Position numbers and translations under genes: made by a program. A stretch of 64,000 bases of DNA, from contig NC_135658.1 of assembly GCF_964188315.1 (NCBI RefSeq), forward strand, positions 22,072,001-22,136,000. Direction: 5' to 3'. Of the stretch, positions 47,745 through 59,340 are shown piece by piece. The DNA comes from Podarcis muralis (lineage: Eukaryota). The notes beneath the pieces were generated by a model. The model had not been told where the DNA came from. It did no database searches and worked only from the letters and a program-made list of their open reading frames with translations. The stretch's first letter is position 1. Each line of letters begins with the position of its first letter.

Positions 47745-50700
47745 AATTAAAACATGAGGCTTCCATCAAAAACAAGGTGGAAGGAAGACTCCAGGTGCAG
47801 GGAAATAAGTTTGCTGGTAAGAGTCAGAGGCTTCCTTCACTCTATTCCATCACCCCTTCAGCAGCTCAGGAATATAGCCACTCCTCCCAATTTTGTGCTG
47901 TCTGCATATCGGATGAGCATCCCCTCACTTCTTTCATCCAAGTCATTTATAATGACGTGCACAACTGGCAGTGCACTTAAAAGCTCCCAGTTGTGCATTG
48001 GAAGCCATGTCTCTATCTGTCCCACACCTGATATATGTCAACAGGTGTGGGGCAGGTGGCCATGATTTGGGGGAAATGACCTCATAGGCCACATCTGAAG
48101 CGCCAGGAGCGCCAACTCTGGCCTGCATGTGGGAGGTTCCCTATCCCGTTGTAGCTGGTGTCCCAGCCAAACTTAGTTAAAGGAGCTCTGGGTCAACCAG
48201 GCTGCCTGAGATTCCAGTGGCAGAAGTGGGTGAGCAGAAGTGGGTGAGCTGTCACTCCATATTCCAAGGCTACTAGACATGTCCAGTCCTTGTTGGGCTG
48301 CTTCTGAGAGCATTGCTCCTGCTTTGGGGGTGGGAATGCACTTCTAAAGTCCATGGGACTTCACTGAGCACGCTGATACCTTCACCCCGCCCCCACCAAT
48401 TGTTTCATTATGCCTCTGCTTTGGCAACAGTCCTGTTGGGACTCACCACTTAAGTTTACTATTAGTAGTAGTTGTAAAGCTAAAAGAGAGACGAGCCTCT
48501 TTCTAATCTTCCCCAATAAGCTAGCTTCCTTTGAATTCCTTTAGATGTTTCAGCTGATCAAATCCACCTTGGAATTTGTCTAACAGGTGAAAAATCAGTG
48601 GTAGCTCTAATTAAAACCATGAGTGACTTCATCCTGACAAACCGTTTCACAGGCAGTTGAAACGAGCGCTGATACGACTGAAAACTCCATGGCAACTTCA
48701 AGTGAATTTATTTTTGTTTGGCTGGGGGGGGGGGATGTATTTGGCACAAGCATAGTTTTGCACACGGACTATCAGAGGATAGCTCAAATTATTGTTTTGA
48801 TGCAAGGTCATTTTTTAAAAAAAAGTAAATGGAGAATTTAGCGATTTAACTTCCCTGATACAGGACAGCAGTGTTAGGTATCTTCACAGCTAATTATACC
48901 TACCATTTCTACATGCCCCTGGAGGGAATTAATTACAGTGATATTCAGAAGTGAAGTTTACCTGCTTTGAATATGAAAAGATCTCAATTCAGTTCACACA
49001 AGTTGTGCATAGTAGGTACACGCACTGCACTGAATATTCTACTAACAACTCTCTAAAGGAATAATTAATTCAGCTTATGCTGACCTAGAGCATTATCTTT
49101 CCTGTATTCTTCCCCAAAAACACCGAATTCTCCATAGAATGCTACACAGAGACTACATTATTAAGGACTGGCATTTAAGCTCCTAAGCTTTCAAGTTAAC
49201 GTATTAAGAAGGGCTTGCTTCTCAGAGTAAGAAAATCTAGAACTTGCAAAAGGAATACAATAACCTTTCGTGTTAACCTTGATAAGCGTTCAGTCTACCT
49301 GCACAAAACGTTCATCCCTGGAATGGAAAAAATAAATCTTAAGATATTCACTGTGTTCTAGGGAAGCAGGGGTTTTTTATGATTCAAGACTGAACATGCT
49401 GGGACACACGCAACACAATTTGGTAACTGGAATAAATGATGCAAATTATAAATGTTTCCATTAATGCATTTAATCTCCATTTTCATTATTTTGAACCTGT
49501 AATAGCAAAACTGCCTTACAATGAGTCAGACCTTTCATCCATCCAAACCAATATCGTGCAATATGGCAAAGGATCTCGAGGGACACAGGTCACTTTCAGA
49601 CTGTCAGTATTTTGCAAGTGGGATTGTGCAATTAAACTGGACTAAAAAGCACTTGGGTGCTCTGACATTCAAATTTGTTTTTTAAATGGATTCTCTTTAG
49701 TGATTAGAGGAGTGATGGGGAAATGCAGAACCTTGGCACAAACAAATCAAGATGAATGCTCAATAAGCAGGTCATCTGGGGGATCCCGCAGGCTCTCTGG
49801 CATCTCAGTGGCTCTTCTAGCCATTCTGCTACCTGAGAACCTTTTGAATGGAGTCACAAAAATACATTCATCCTGGACCTTCTGCATAAAAAAAAAATAA
49901 GGGCTCAGCCACTGAACTATGACTCTTCCTGTCCTTAACTAGGTAAGGGAAGTTAAAACTCTCAGGGGAATGTGAAACATTTCAGAAAGGGGATGTACCA
50001 TTATCAGAGAGCACCCTTACCTGCTAGTTTTATCCAAAAGTGCTTTGGCCTCTCTAAAAATAAGATCTTCTAACCATGTAGCATTCCTTTTTAAAGACAG
50101 GTTTCCAATCACTGACTACCTTCCAATGGCTAAAAGGACATGATTCTGTGTTAAAGCACAGAGAGATGCTCTAAATATATGAAACTATTTTCTCCTTGTG
50201 GATAAATTAAAGATTATCCTGTGTGGCAAATTTTATAAACAAGGTGCTAAACAAACATAAAACTTTAATGAAAAGATTGCACCCTCAAATATGCTACATA
50301 ACATTCACCATTATTTCCATTATAGCTTTTTGAAATATTATGTGTTGGTGGTTTTGTAATATTTTTAATAAACTATCTCATTTCAACATTAACATTTGTG
50401 TCGACATAATTATCAGAACAATTTTTGCAATGGCTTTCTAGACAGATGTGAATTCACTTCACAAAAATACCAGGTTATGATTCTGTCCCTGTACACCCAA
50501 GGTTACTTTGGGAGAGAATCTGAGATATCCGAGATACCAGCACTACTTCCATGCATTTCTTTAGCATGGTATGATAATATTCCATTCCACTGGACAGATT
50601 TCTCCCACTCAACATAGGATAGGACTTCTGTCCTGAACAACAAAGAGACTCTCAACATAAAGTGAAAGTATAGGCAAATATTTTCATATGTGAATATTTC

Positions 50701-50824
50701 CCTTTGAGATGAACTGAACTAATGCTTACAGAGTCAAAAATATGTTATATAATAGTGCTCATTATACCCATCATACTCTTTTGAAACTTTCTGCATTGTT
50801 CACTTCTGTGATCTAGAGTGGTTT

Positions 50825-52993
50825 TCATTCCTCTGTTGATTCTGAGGGAGAGATTCTTAAACTCATTCTTCTAACCTTGTTACGTAGCACAAACCTGTAA
50901 CAAACACCCATGCCAACAGCAGCAGTCACTGTGGAAAGGACCAACACACTTCCTACAATGCTACCTACACTGACACCATTCCAGTTTTTTGAAATTGGCC
51001 CACTGTCAATGCTGCCCCCATATCCTTCCTTTAGACAGTCAGGAGGGGCCCAACCATAAGAACAATGGCAGTGTTTGTGGTTGTTGCATATTCCCCTATT
51101 ATGGCACTTTGTGGCATTGCAATCATACTGCAAGAGGGACACATTCTTGCATTCCCTACGAATACACATCATGCCAGTGCCACAAGGTGTACCGTCTTCC
51201 ACTGCTCCAAGATCAGCTACCTCCATTCCACTGTGGTAGTCTGTAGCCCAGCAGTTACTTTTGCCAATGGTGGTTTGAATGATGGTTTGGTGTTCCTCCA
51301 AGGTAGGTAGCCCATAAATATTACTACACTGCATTCGGCCACATAGAATATTTTCAGCTTTGCATTTCTTAAAAATACCATGTTCAAGGCCACAGTTGCC
51401 AAAGCGATCACCTCGAGCATTCAGTCCTCTGAAACAATCCTGTGAAGCTCGTACGGTTTTCTTGCCAAATATCTTTTCGCACTGCCCATTAGGAGTACTA
51501 CAACGACCATGATAGCAATAGACTCCATCACCGCAAGGGGCACCATCTTGTACATAAACATCTTCTGGACATTGGTCTGAAGTCCCAGTGCAAAATTCAG
51601 GAAGATCACACATACTAATACTCTTTCTGCAAATGGATCCAGCGGGACGGTACTTGCACCTGGCACAGCACAGTCCAGAAGAACAATTGGCAAATGGATG
51701 CAATGTGCAATCTGGCCTGCAACATCGATCCGATTGACACTGTGCAGCTGAACCACAGTCACATTGCTCTCCTTTTTCCACTACTTTGTTCCCACAGTAT
51801 TTGAGTTTATACATTTGATCAGGGTCTGGTGGAATCAACAAGCAAGGTGAGTCCTTTAGATTGAAATATTTATGGTAACTGCAGTTGCTAAACTTATCAG
51901 TCCGTGAGTACAAAGCAGACATAATGCAGGCACGTCGATCACATGTACAGTCTGGTTCATCATGGCTCATACCAAGATTATGTCCAAATTCATGGGCAAA
52001 AAGTACAGAAAAATCAAACAAATTGAAATTTCTTGATACTTCAACACCAGTAGCCCTGTTATCACAAATTTCTGCTACATATGCTCGTCCAAGATTCCTT
52101 CCATACGACCTGTATACAATTAAGTGAGCAGCATCATTCTTTAGATGGTTAAGTAGAATGTCATGTCTCCATACAGTAAAAGCTTTAAGTGTCCTTCCTA
52201 AAGTTTTACCAATATCTATGAGGTTCTTTTCCGTCCATATCTCCAGTCCTGCTACAGATACTTCAACCAAAAATGGCTCAAAAAATGAATTTACCATATG
52301 GATGGTCTCGAGAAGTTTCATAGCTATATCAGTTTCATTTTTATTAAACTTAACGTATCGTTCATGCTCCACCACAAATGCCACTTCTGCATGTCTCTTG
52401 TGTGGCCACCAGAGTTCTGCTGGAGGACTTCTGACAGCCACTTGCTTTCTGTCTTGGATCACGGCCTCTTGATGCCTTTGCTCTTCCTCCGTCAACCCAC
52501 ACCTCATGTGCATGGCACCCTCCTCTGTTTCCAGTCGATACACCACATGCTGAAAGGTAGCAGATGGCTGGACAGGTTCAATTTGATATGTCTCATTGTT
52601 AAGTTGTAACAGGCCCCTGAGTCCCTCTGAGCAAGTGCTGAGAGTGACTGAAGAGAGAGGCTTGTCCTGTATGAAACCACTGTATAAACAATCATCCCTG
52701 ATGTAATGATAGTCAACCTGGAGGTCCCCTTCCTGATTGTACGTAAAGATGGGGAAGTCTTTAGGAACAATGCCCTTCTTCTGCTGGAGATGCACCACCT
52801 GGCCCTTCCCCTCAATCTGCAGCAGGTAGCTGACATACCGGGTTTCCTGTAGTCCATACCTAAAGCTCAGTTTCCTTGGAATGGTCACCTCATAAGAGGC
52901 ATACCTAAAGCCCTGAGGTGGTGTCTGGCCACCAGTCTCACTCAGGAGATTCCTCAAGAACATAATGAGCAGCCATGCCAGGCTGCCATTCAT
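50825..52993 (-). CDS. ADAM20/21/30-like metalloprotease-disintegrin (copy 5, most diverged)
   Basis: 722-aa uninterrupted ORF with HEFGHNLGMSHD. It has a one-codon deletion in the protease domain (ICDNRATG) and a tail extended by ESTEE. Confidence 0.93.
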   Translation of the reverse strand: MNGSLAWLLIMFLRNLLSETGGQTPPQGFRYASYEVTIPRKLSFRYGLQETRYVSYLLQIEGKGQVVHLQQKKGIVPKDFPIFTYNQEGDLQVDYHYIRDDCLYSGFIQDKPLSSVTLSTCSEGLRGLLQLNNETYQIEPVQPSATFQHVVYRLETEEGAMHMRCGLTEEEQRHQEAVIQDRKQVAVRSPPAELWWPHKRHAEVAFVVEHERYVKFNKNETDIAMKLLETIHMVNSFFEPFLVEVSVAGLEIWTEKNLIDIGKTLGRTLKAFTVWRHDILLNHLKNDAAHLIVYRSYGRNLGRAYVAEICDNRATGVEVSRNFNLFDFSVLFAHEFGHNLGMSHDEPDCTCDRRACIMSALYSRTDKFSNCSYHKYFNLKDSPCLLIPPDPDQMYKLKYCGNKVVEKGEQCDCGSAAQCQSDRCCRPDCTLHPFANCSSGLCCARCKYRPAGSICRKSISMCDLPEFCTGTSDQCPEDVYVQDGAPCGDGVYCYHGRCSTPNGQCEKIFGKKTVRASQDCFRGLNARGDRFGNCGLEHGIFKKCKAENILCGRMQCSNIYGLPTLEEHQTIIQTTIGKSNCWATDYHSGMEVADLGAVEDGTPCGTGMMCIRRECKNVSLLQYDCNATKCHNRGICNNHKHCHCSYGWAPPDCLKEGYGGSIDSGPISKNWNGVSVGSIVGSVLVLSTVTAAVGMGVCYRFVLRNKVRRMSLRISPSESTEE

Positions 52994-54399
52994 TTTCCCA
53001 GAAAGATGAAAGAATCTCTTGAAGCACCACCTCTGGCATCTTATCCCTGAGAAGGAAGTCCCAAACAGTTGTTACCAGATAGATGGGAAGGAGGCTATGT
53101 GTGAATTAGAAGAGGAGGAAGATATGTTGCCTAGTAACTGCCAGTGTGCTCCATCTGTGGAATGGGGGTGGAGCTTGGAGGATCAAAGATGGAACAGAAT
53201 GGTAGAGGAAGAGCAAGCAAGAGAAGGTTCCTAAGAAGTTTCTGCCTGAGGGGGTTGCAGGAAGAAGAGCAAAAAAAGAGTCTTATAGCACCCCATGGAC
53301 TGACAAGTTTTATTTTGGCATCAGTCAGTGGACATGAGCTCACTTCATACATTGGATGGGTCATAATCCTCAGTTGTCATGTATGGAATATGAAAAGTAT
53401 TTTCTGTGACAATTCAATCAGCATTTAAATGTATGCAAAATATAGAAACTGGCTTAAACATAAAGACCCATGTGAAAAGGGAGCAAGAGGATGTTGAAAT
53501 TGTCCATCAACAACTAGCACAGTCTTTCCCACTATGACAAACTGCCTTTCTATATAAATTATGGCCATTATTTCTACATTTACCTATAAATGAACAAATG
53601 CCAAATTTATGCCAATCTTTGCCACCTTGCATTTCCCTTTTTGGTGATGGATTTTCTCATTTTTAGCGATGTACATGTGGCCATCCCACACCTAATACTG
53701 GTGATGAGGTGTTCTGCATATATTTAGAGTGGAAGGGCAGGGCCTGAACAATCATGGGGCCCAATCTGGACAAAGTGGTACCAATTCTAACTTTCAGCTT
53801 TGCCTGCTACCTTCACCATCTGGAAGGCACGTTAGACTTCCTGTGGCCGTTTCCCTATCTTATATGATTCAGGAGAATGAACCGAAAGAAAACATTGCCC
53901 TTTAGAGAACCTCAATTGGTAGATGAAGGCTATAATCAGCAGAACAAGCCTTTGTGATGTGTGGCAGTTAATGGTGGTTGGCCAACAATGTAGCAAACAC
54001 AAAAAACAAGAAAAAGATCATGAAAGATATAAAAGACTAGACCTGAAAGAGAAGCCTGGGTAATGTGCTGTATTTAAAATTCATAAGGAATCAGCAAGGA
54101 GAAAGGAATAATTTTAGGATTAAGGTGGAACAGATGGGGTGGAATTTTGATAGTGATGGAAGGCCTGTACTTATTTTAGATGGGCTGAAAATAATGTTGG
54201 ATAATTTTGAGCCTCAAAGATACCAGAATGCAGAGCCCTGCTTACTTGTTTGAACTACAAGCTATACAGTTATACGCATATGTTATATGAGGGGATATCA
54301 TTCCTTTATGGGGAAGGCCAGTACGGGGTTTGGGATCACCACCTTTGAAGAGCTAGGGAGGTCTGGCGGTGGGGGTAGATGTTATAGGTTTTGAGATGC

Positions 54400-55730
54400 G
54401 GAGATGCTTGAACCCCTTCCAATCTACACCCCATCCTGAGGGAAGAGGGTAGGGTGAGCAGGGATTACTCATCTCCGTCACTGGTGTTGTGCAATGCCAG
54501 GTCTATAGGCAATAAAACCACCACCAGACTTTTTTATCTCGCAGGGGGTTGACCTGGCTTGTGTGACGAAGACCTGGGTGCGGGAAGGCAAAGTAATCAC
54601 CTTGATTGAGATGGCACCCCCGGGTTTCTCTGTCCTCCACCAGTCACGGACTGTGGGTCAGAGGGGAGGGGTAGCATTAATCGGGGAGGATTGCTCTTTC
54701 AGGGCTCAGCCAGCACCATCGATCTCTGGCACTGAATGTGTTGACCTGGTGTGGGGCACCAAGGAGAGTTTGGCTGTCTGGCTGGTGTACCAACAACCTA
54801 GCACACCGGCAGCCACCCTGTCAGGCCTGCTGGAGGTGGTGGCAGGCTGGGCCTTGGAGTTCCCTAACCTATCGGTTCTGGGGGACTTCAACATCCATGC
54901 CGATGCCATCCCTTCCTCTTGGGCTCTGGACCTGGTATCTTCCATGGTGACATTAGGGCTCTCCCAGTTTGTTTTGGGTCCCATACATCAAGCAGGCCAC
55001 ACTCTGGATCTGATCTTTGGGGCAGGTATAGATGTGATCATCTATAGGTATAGCTGTGCCCCCCTTGTGGAAGTGCCATCGTCTGATCACTACGCTCTGA
55101 AAGCCAGGATTGACTCCCCCCCCCCCCCGCCCACCCGCTTGGGTGGCGAACCTATTTGGGCTCACCCATGGAGGCTGATGGATCCTGATGGATTTTGTCA
55201 GGCCTTGCGGGACCCTGCTCCCCCCGGCAGCTCACTAGATGAGCTTGTCAAGAACTGGAATAACCGGCTCTTAGTGGCCATCAATGAGATTGCATCTAAG
55301 CGCCCTCTGTGACCCCACCGAAACTGGGCCCCCTGGTTTACCGAGGAGCTCTGGAAAATGAAAGAGGACCTCAGACGGCTAGAGCGGGCAGCGGGCATGC
55401 AACGGGGCCTCAAGAACATCTTATAGGATGCTTAGGAAAGCCTAGGACAGGGGTCAGCAAACTTTTTCAGCAGGGGGCTGGTCCACTGTCCCTCAGATCT
55501 TGTGGGGGGCTGGACTATATCTTTTTTGGAAGAAATGAATGAATTCCTATGCCCCACAAATAACCCAGAGATGCATTTTAAATAAAAGGGCATATTCTAC
55601 GCATGTAAAAACACGCTGATTCCCAGACCGTCCGTGGGCCGGATTTAGAAGGCAATTGGGCTGGATCCGGCCCACGGGCCTTAGTTTGCCTACCCATGGC
55701 CTAGGAGATGGCAGTGAAAGCTGCTAAGAA
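54400..55730 (+). mobile_element. Degenerate L2 LINE segment (APE endonuclease region)
   Basis: ORF 54563-55312 has APE motifs (GGVAL, VLGDFNIH, AGHTLDLIFG, SDHYAL). It is frameshifted downstream and interrupted by a MITE. Confidence 0.75.
55448..55698. mobile_element. hAT-type MITE nested in L2
   Basis: Ends CAGGGGTCAGCAAAC...GTTTGCCTACCCATG with 8-bp TSD GCCTAGGA (55440-55447, 55699-55706). Confidence 0.85.
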
Positions 55731-57141
55731 GTTTTACATGTAGGATCACACTACAAAATGCGACCTCATCATGACCCTTCACAATAAAATATAGACATCC
55801 TGGAAGTTTTGTTGTGTTCTGTTCATCCAATAACAGAGGTTTCTGTTCACTAGCTCTTTGTCCTGAAGGACCAACATGAATCCTAAACCTCTGGTGTTAT
55901 TTGAAGAATGGTTAAGGAACTCAAACTTCCTTAATAATACAAGGCTACGATAATTTGACAGCCACACAAAGTGTGAAATCCCACTTAAAACAGCAGGGGA
56001 TACCCACAGATATCTGAGTGCAGTATTGTGCCCTTTTGCAAATTGTCTTCGGTAACTTGCCTTAATTGAGAGTTTCATATAGGTTTGTTTGTTTTAGGGA
56101 GCCTTCATGCTGAAACTATTTCGCAAGGCACATCAGTTTCCATCTGAGCTCCAGTTGACAAAAGGTTGATAAATGGATTATTTCATGAAATATAGTGATA
56201 GGTGTTGTCAGACCTATTAAATGTGGTAACTTTTCTGCTGTCGCTCCATTCCACTGAAGTTTCCAGCTTGTCGGGAGACAAGATGCCACCACTGCCTCAT
56301 TCATGGTGCTACACACCCTTCATGCTGGGCAGGTGGCAGCACAGCTGTGTGTGATGCTGACATCTGTGTGGGGTGTTGTGGGCTCAGTGGGTGGGGGAAG
56401 TATATTCCGCTCTGGAGAGGATAAGGAAAGCACAGGAGGATGTTATCAGTGGCTTCCTAGCAGTCATGCAATTCCTTTCCCTTAAGGACACATCAAAAAT
56501 GGATCATGGGCATAATTACAAAGCATTTCTAAAGAGAAGTCTGCTTTATCTGTTCATCTGTGTATAGCACCATCAGTGTGTATGGTGGTTTATGGAGGTC
56601 TCTGCCTCCAAGGAAGAGTGGGAGGAAATTCAACCAACCAACTAACCAGTCAGTTAAAAACAGACACCACACAGGACAACCAGATCATGGAACTATTGCA
56701 GCAACCACATCATGCATTTGATGAACGTTTATGCCACAGTAAATGCTAGGCCATCCATGACCATCTGTCATGGATGCTTTAGCTGAGATTCCTGCATTGC
56801 AGGGAGTTGGACTAGATTCTATGATTCAAAGTGCTGCAAGGGTACTGCAGTTGAATGTGGGGCTATTGTAGCGGCATGACTCATGGGTGCTTTCTCCTGG
56901 AATGCAATGACATGCTTTGAGCGTAGTATTCTTTGGTAGGCTAAACCAAATCTTTTCAATCTTCACTCAAAAAAAATATTTGTGGCCTTCAGTCCACACA
57001 CCAACGTTGAGATGGTGATATAAGAAAAACATTATGAAAATGAATTTTTTTAAAAAAATTTGGTTGGAATCTTCCATCTCCCAATGCCATTTGTATTTTA
57101 TGGAGTGCAGTTCAAGAGCAATTTTAAAGGAAAACTGCATC

Positions 57142-57875
57142 NNNNNNNNNNNNNNNNNNNNNNNNNNNNNNNNNNNNNNNNNNNNNNNNNNNNNNNNNNN
57201 NNNNNNNNNNNNNNNNNNNNNNNNNNNNNNNNNNNNNNNNNNNNNNNNNNNNNNNNNNNNNNNNNNNNNNNNNNNNNNNNNNNNNNNNNNNNNNNNNNNN
57301 NNNNNNNNNNNNNNNNNNNNNNNNNNNNNNNNNNNNNNNNNNNNNNNNNNNNNNNNNNNNNNNNNNNNNNNNNNNNNNNNNNNNNNNNNNNNNNNNNNNN
57401 NNNNNNNNNNNNNNNNNNNNNNNNNNNNNNNNNNNNNNNNNNNNNNNNNNNNNNNNNNNNNNNNNNNNNNNNNNNNNNNNNNNNNNNNNNNNNNNNNNNN
57501 NNNNNNNNNNNNNNNNNNNNNNNNNNNNNNNNNNNNNNNNNNNNNNNNNNNNNNNNNNNNNNNNNNNNNNNNNNNNNNNNNNNNNNNNNNNNNNNNNNNN
57601 NNNNNNNNNNNNNNNNNNNNNNNNNNNNNNNNNNNNNNNNNNNNNNNNNNNNNNNNNNNNNNNNNNNNNNNNNNNNNNNNNNNNNNNNNNNNNNNNNNNN
57701 NNNNNNNNNNNNNNNNNNNNNNNNNNNNNNNNNNNNNNNNNNNNNNNNNNNNNNNNNNNNNNNNNNNNNNNNNNNNNNNNNNNNNNNNNNNNNNNNNNNN
57801 NNNNNNNNNNNNNNNNNNNNNNNNNNNNNNNNNNNNNNNNNNNNNNNNNNNNNNNNNNNNNNNNNNNNNNNNNNN
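57142..57875. other. Assembly gap (734 N)
   Basis: Run of N. The poly-X ORFs are artefacts. Confidence 1.
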
Positions 57876-59029
57876 TGTGAGGCATCTAAGCATGTACACC
57901 AAGTATAATGCAATGTTTGTAATGTTCGTTTTAAGGACATTAACTCTGACCCATAGACTTAATCGGAGAACTGTCCATCTTTCTAAGACCCAACAGATTT
58001 CCCCTCTATTTACTTCCCAGTTTTAATTTGACCGTGTTTTCTACTTGATTAGAGACTAACCAGAGTCCTAAATATTTGATGACTTTTTACTGCAATCCAA
58101 ACTCCCACAGTAATAATATGTGCTGGGGGGGGGGGCAGCCAGGGGAAATGTCTTGGACCACTGGACTTGGACTATTTTGTCTTGCATTCTGATAGATTGC
58201 TGGATTCTTGGATTAAAACCAGCATTTTGGAGACTGAGTTTTCTGGTTTGTGCTGCAATAACAGTGTTTAGCGCAACAGGGCTTTAATGTGGAGAGTCAT
58301 ATTTTGAGATGTGTTGCTTTCACCTTTGTGCCTGGTAAGCTTTAACCTTATTAAAAGACCACCACATATGATGAAAAGAACCTTCTTTCTCTTTACATTT
58401 CCAGCACTTATTTGATTTATACATTTTTTTGCCAATTTATTCAGTGTTAGATACCTGTCGATCTATCATTTTCATATAAATTTCTCTTAGACCATAACAT
58501 GCTGTAAATTTTATATCCATATTCCACAATCGTTCCCATTGGGTGAGGAAGCCACCTTGGTCAAAGGAAGCCCAAGAGGTGATACCCCCCCCCATGGGCA
58601 CACCACCACCATTGCAGAAGGGATGCTTGTTTCTGGCGAGATCTCGCCTTAGGCGGCGAAACGGAAGGCTCCACGCCTGGTTGGCACCACCATGCTGTGC
58701 ATTCTGGCACCAGCTGTAAACTCAAGAGATTTGCTCAGGTCTTCTCTGCTCATTTACGGCTATGTAATTGGATAGGCTTGCATATCAGACATCCTGTCTG
58801 CAACATTGGTGTATATAAGAATTGTGATTGGACTTAGCGTTTTATTGCTCTCGTTATCTTATGATAAAGTTTTATTGCATTGCATGATGTTGTACTTTTA
58901 TGTATGCACCCTGCCAAGTGCCGCGGGAATTTTTAATGATGATGGGTGGGCTTAGCAAAATAAATAATTGTTTTAAATAAATAAATCAGTAATGCAAATC
59001 TGTGAGGGGCGATCGCTCTTGGAAATCCT

Positions 59030-59340
59030 CTTATTTATTAGATTTATAGACTGCCCTTCATCACAATATCTCAGGGCTGTTCACAATATAAAAATACAAA
59101 AGTATAAATAAATAGTTAAAACAAAAACAACAAAAGGAGAACCCCCCTCCCACAAACACATTTTAAAAGCTGTGGAATATTAATAAGCCAAAAAGCCTGG
59201 TTGAAAAGAAATGTTTTTTGCCTCGCGCCTAAAGATATATAATGAAGGTACCATGTGGTAGGGGCGCCGACATTGAGAGGGTGCTGTCACATCACCACCC
59301 AGCTCCTGGGCTCCTGAGCCGCCAGACAGAAGCTAGGATG
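59030..59340 (-). mobile_element. Degenerate L2 3' fragment
   Basis: TTATTTATTAGATTTATAGACTGCCCTT...GCCTGGTTGAAAAGAAATGTTTT pattern resembles the L2 3' UTR at 33945-34140 and 34460-34620. Confidence 0.45.

Noticed and set aside
4507-52993. Snake-venom-like metalloprotease (SVMP/ADAM28) cluster
   Set aside because: SVMP/ADAM28 genes are multi-exon and SVMPs are secreted. These genes have a single coding exon and keep EGF, TM and tail, which fits the ADAM20/21/30 group.
56967-58026. 250-330 aa ORFs
   Set aside because: Artefacts of translating through the N gap. The same applies to 42720-43174.
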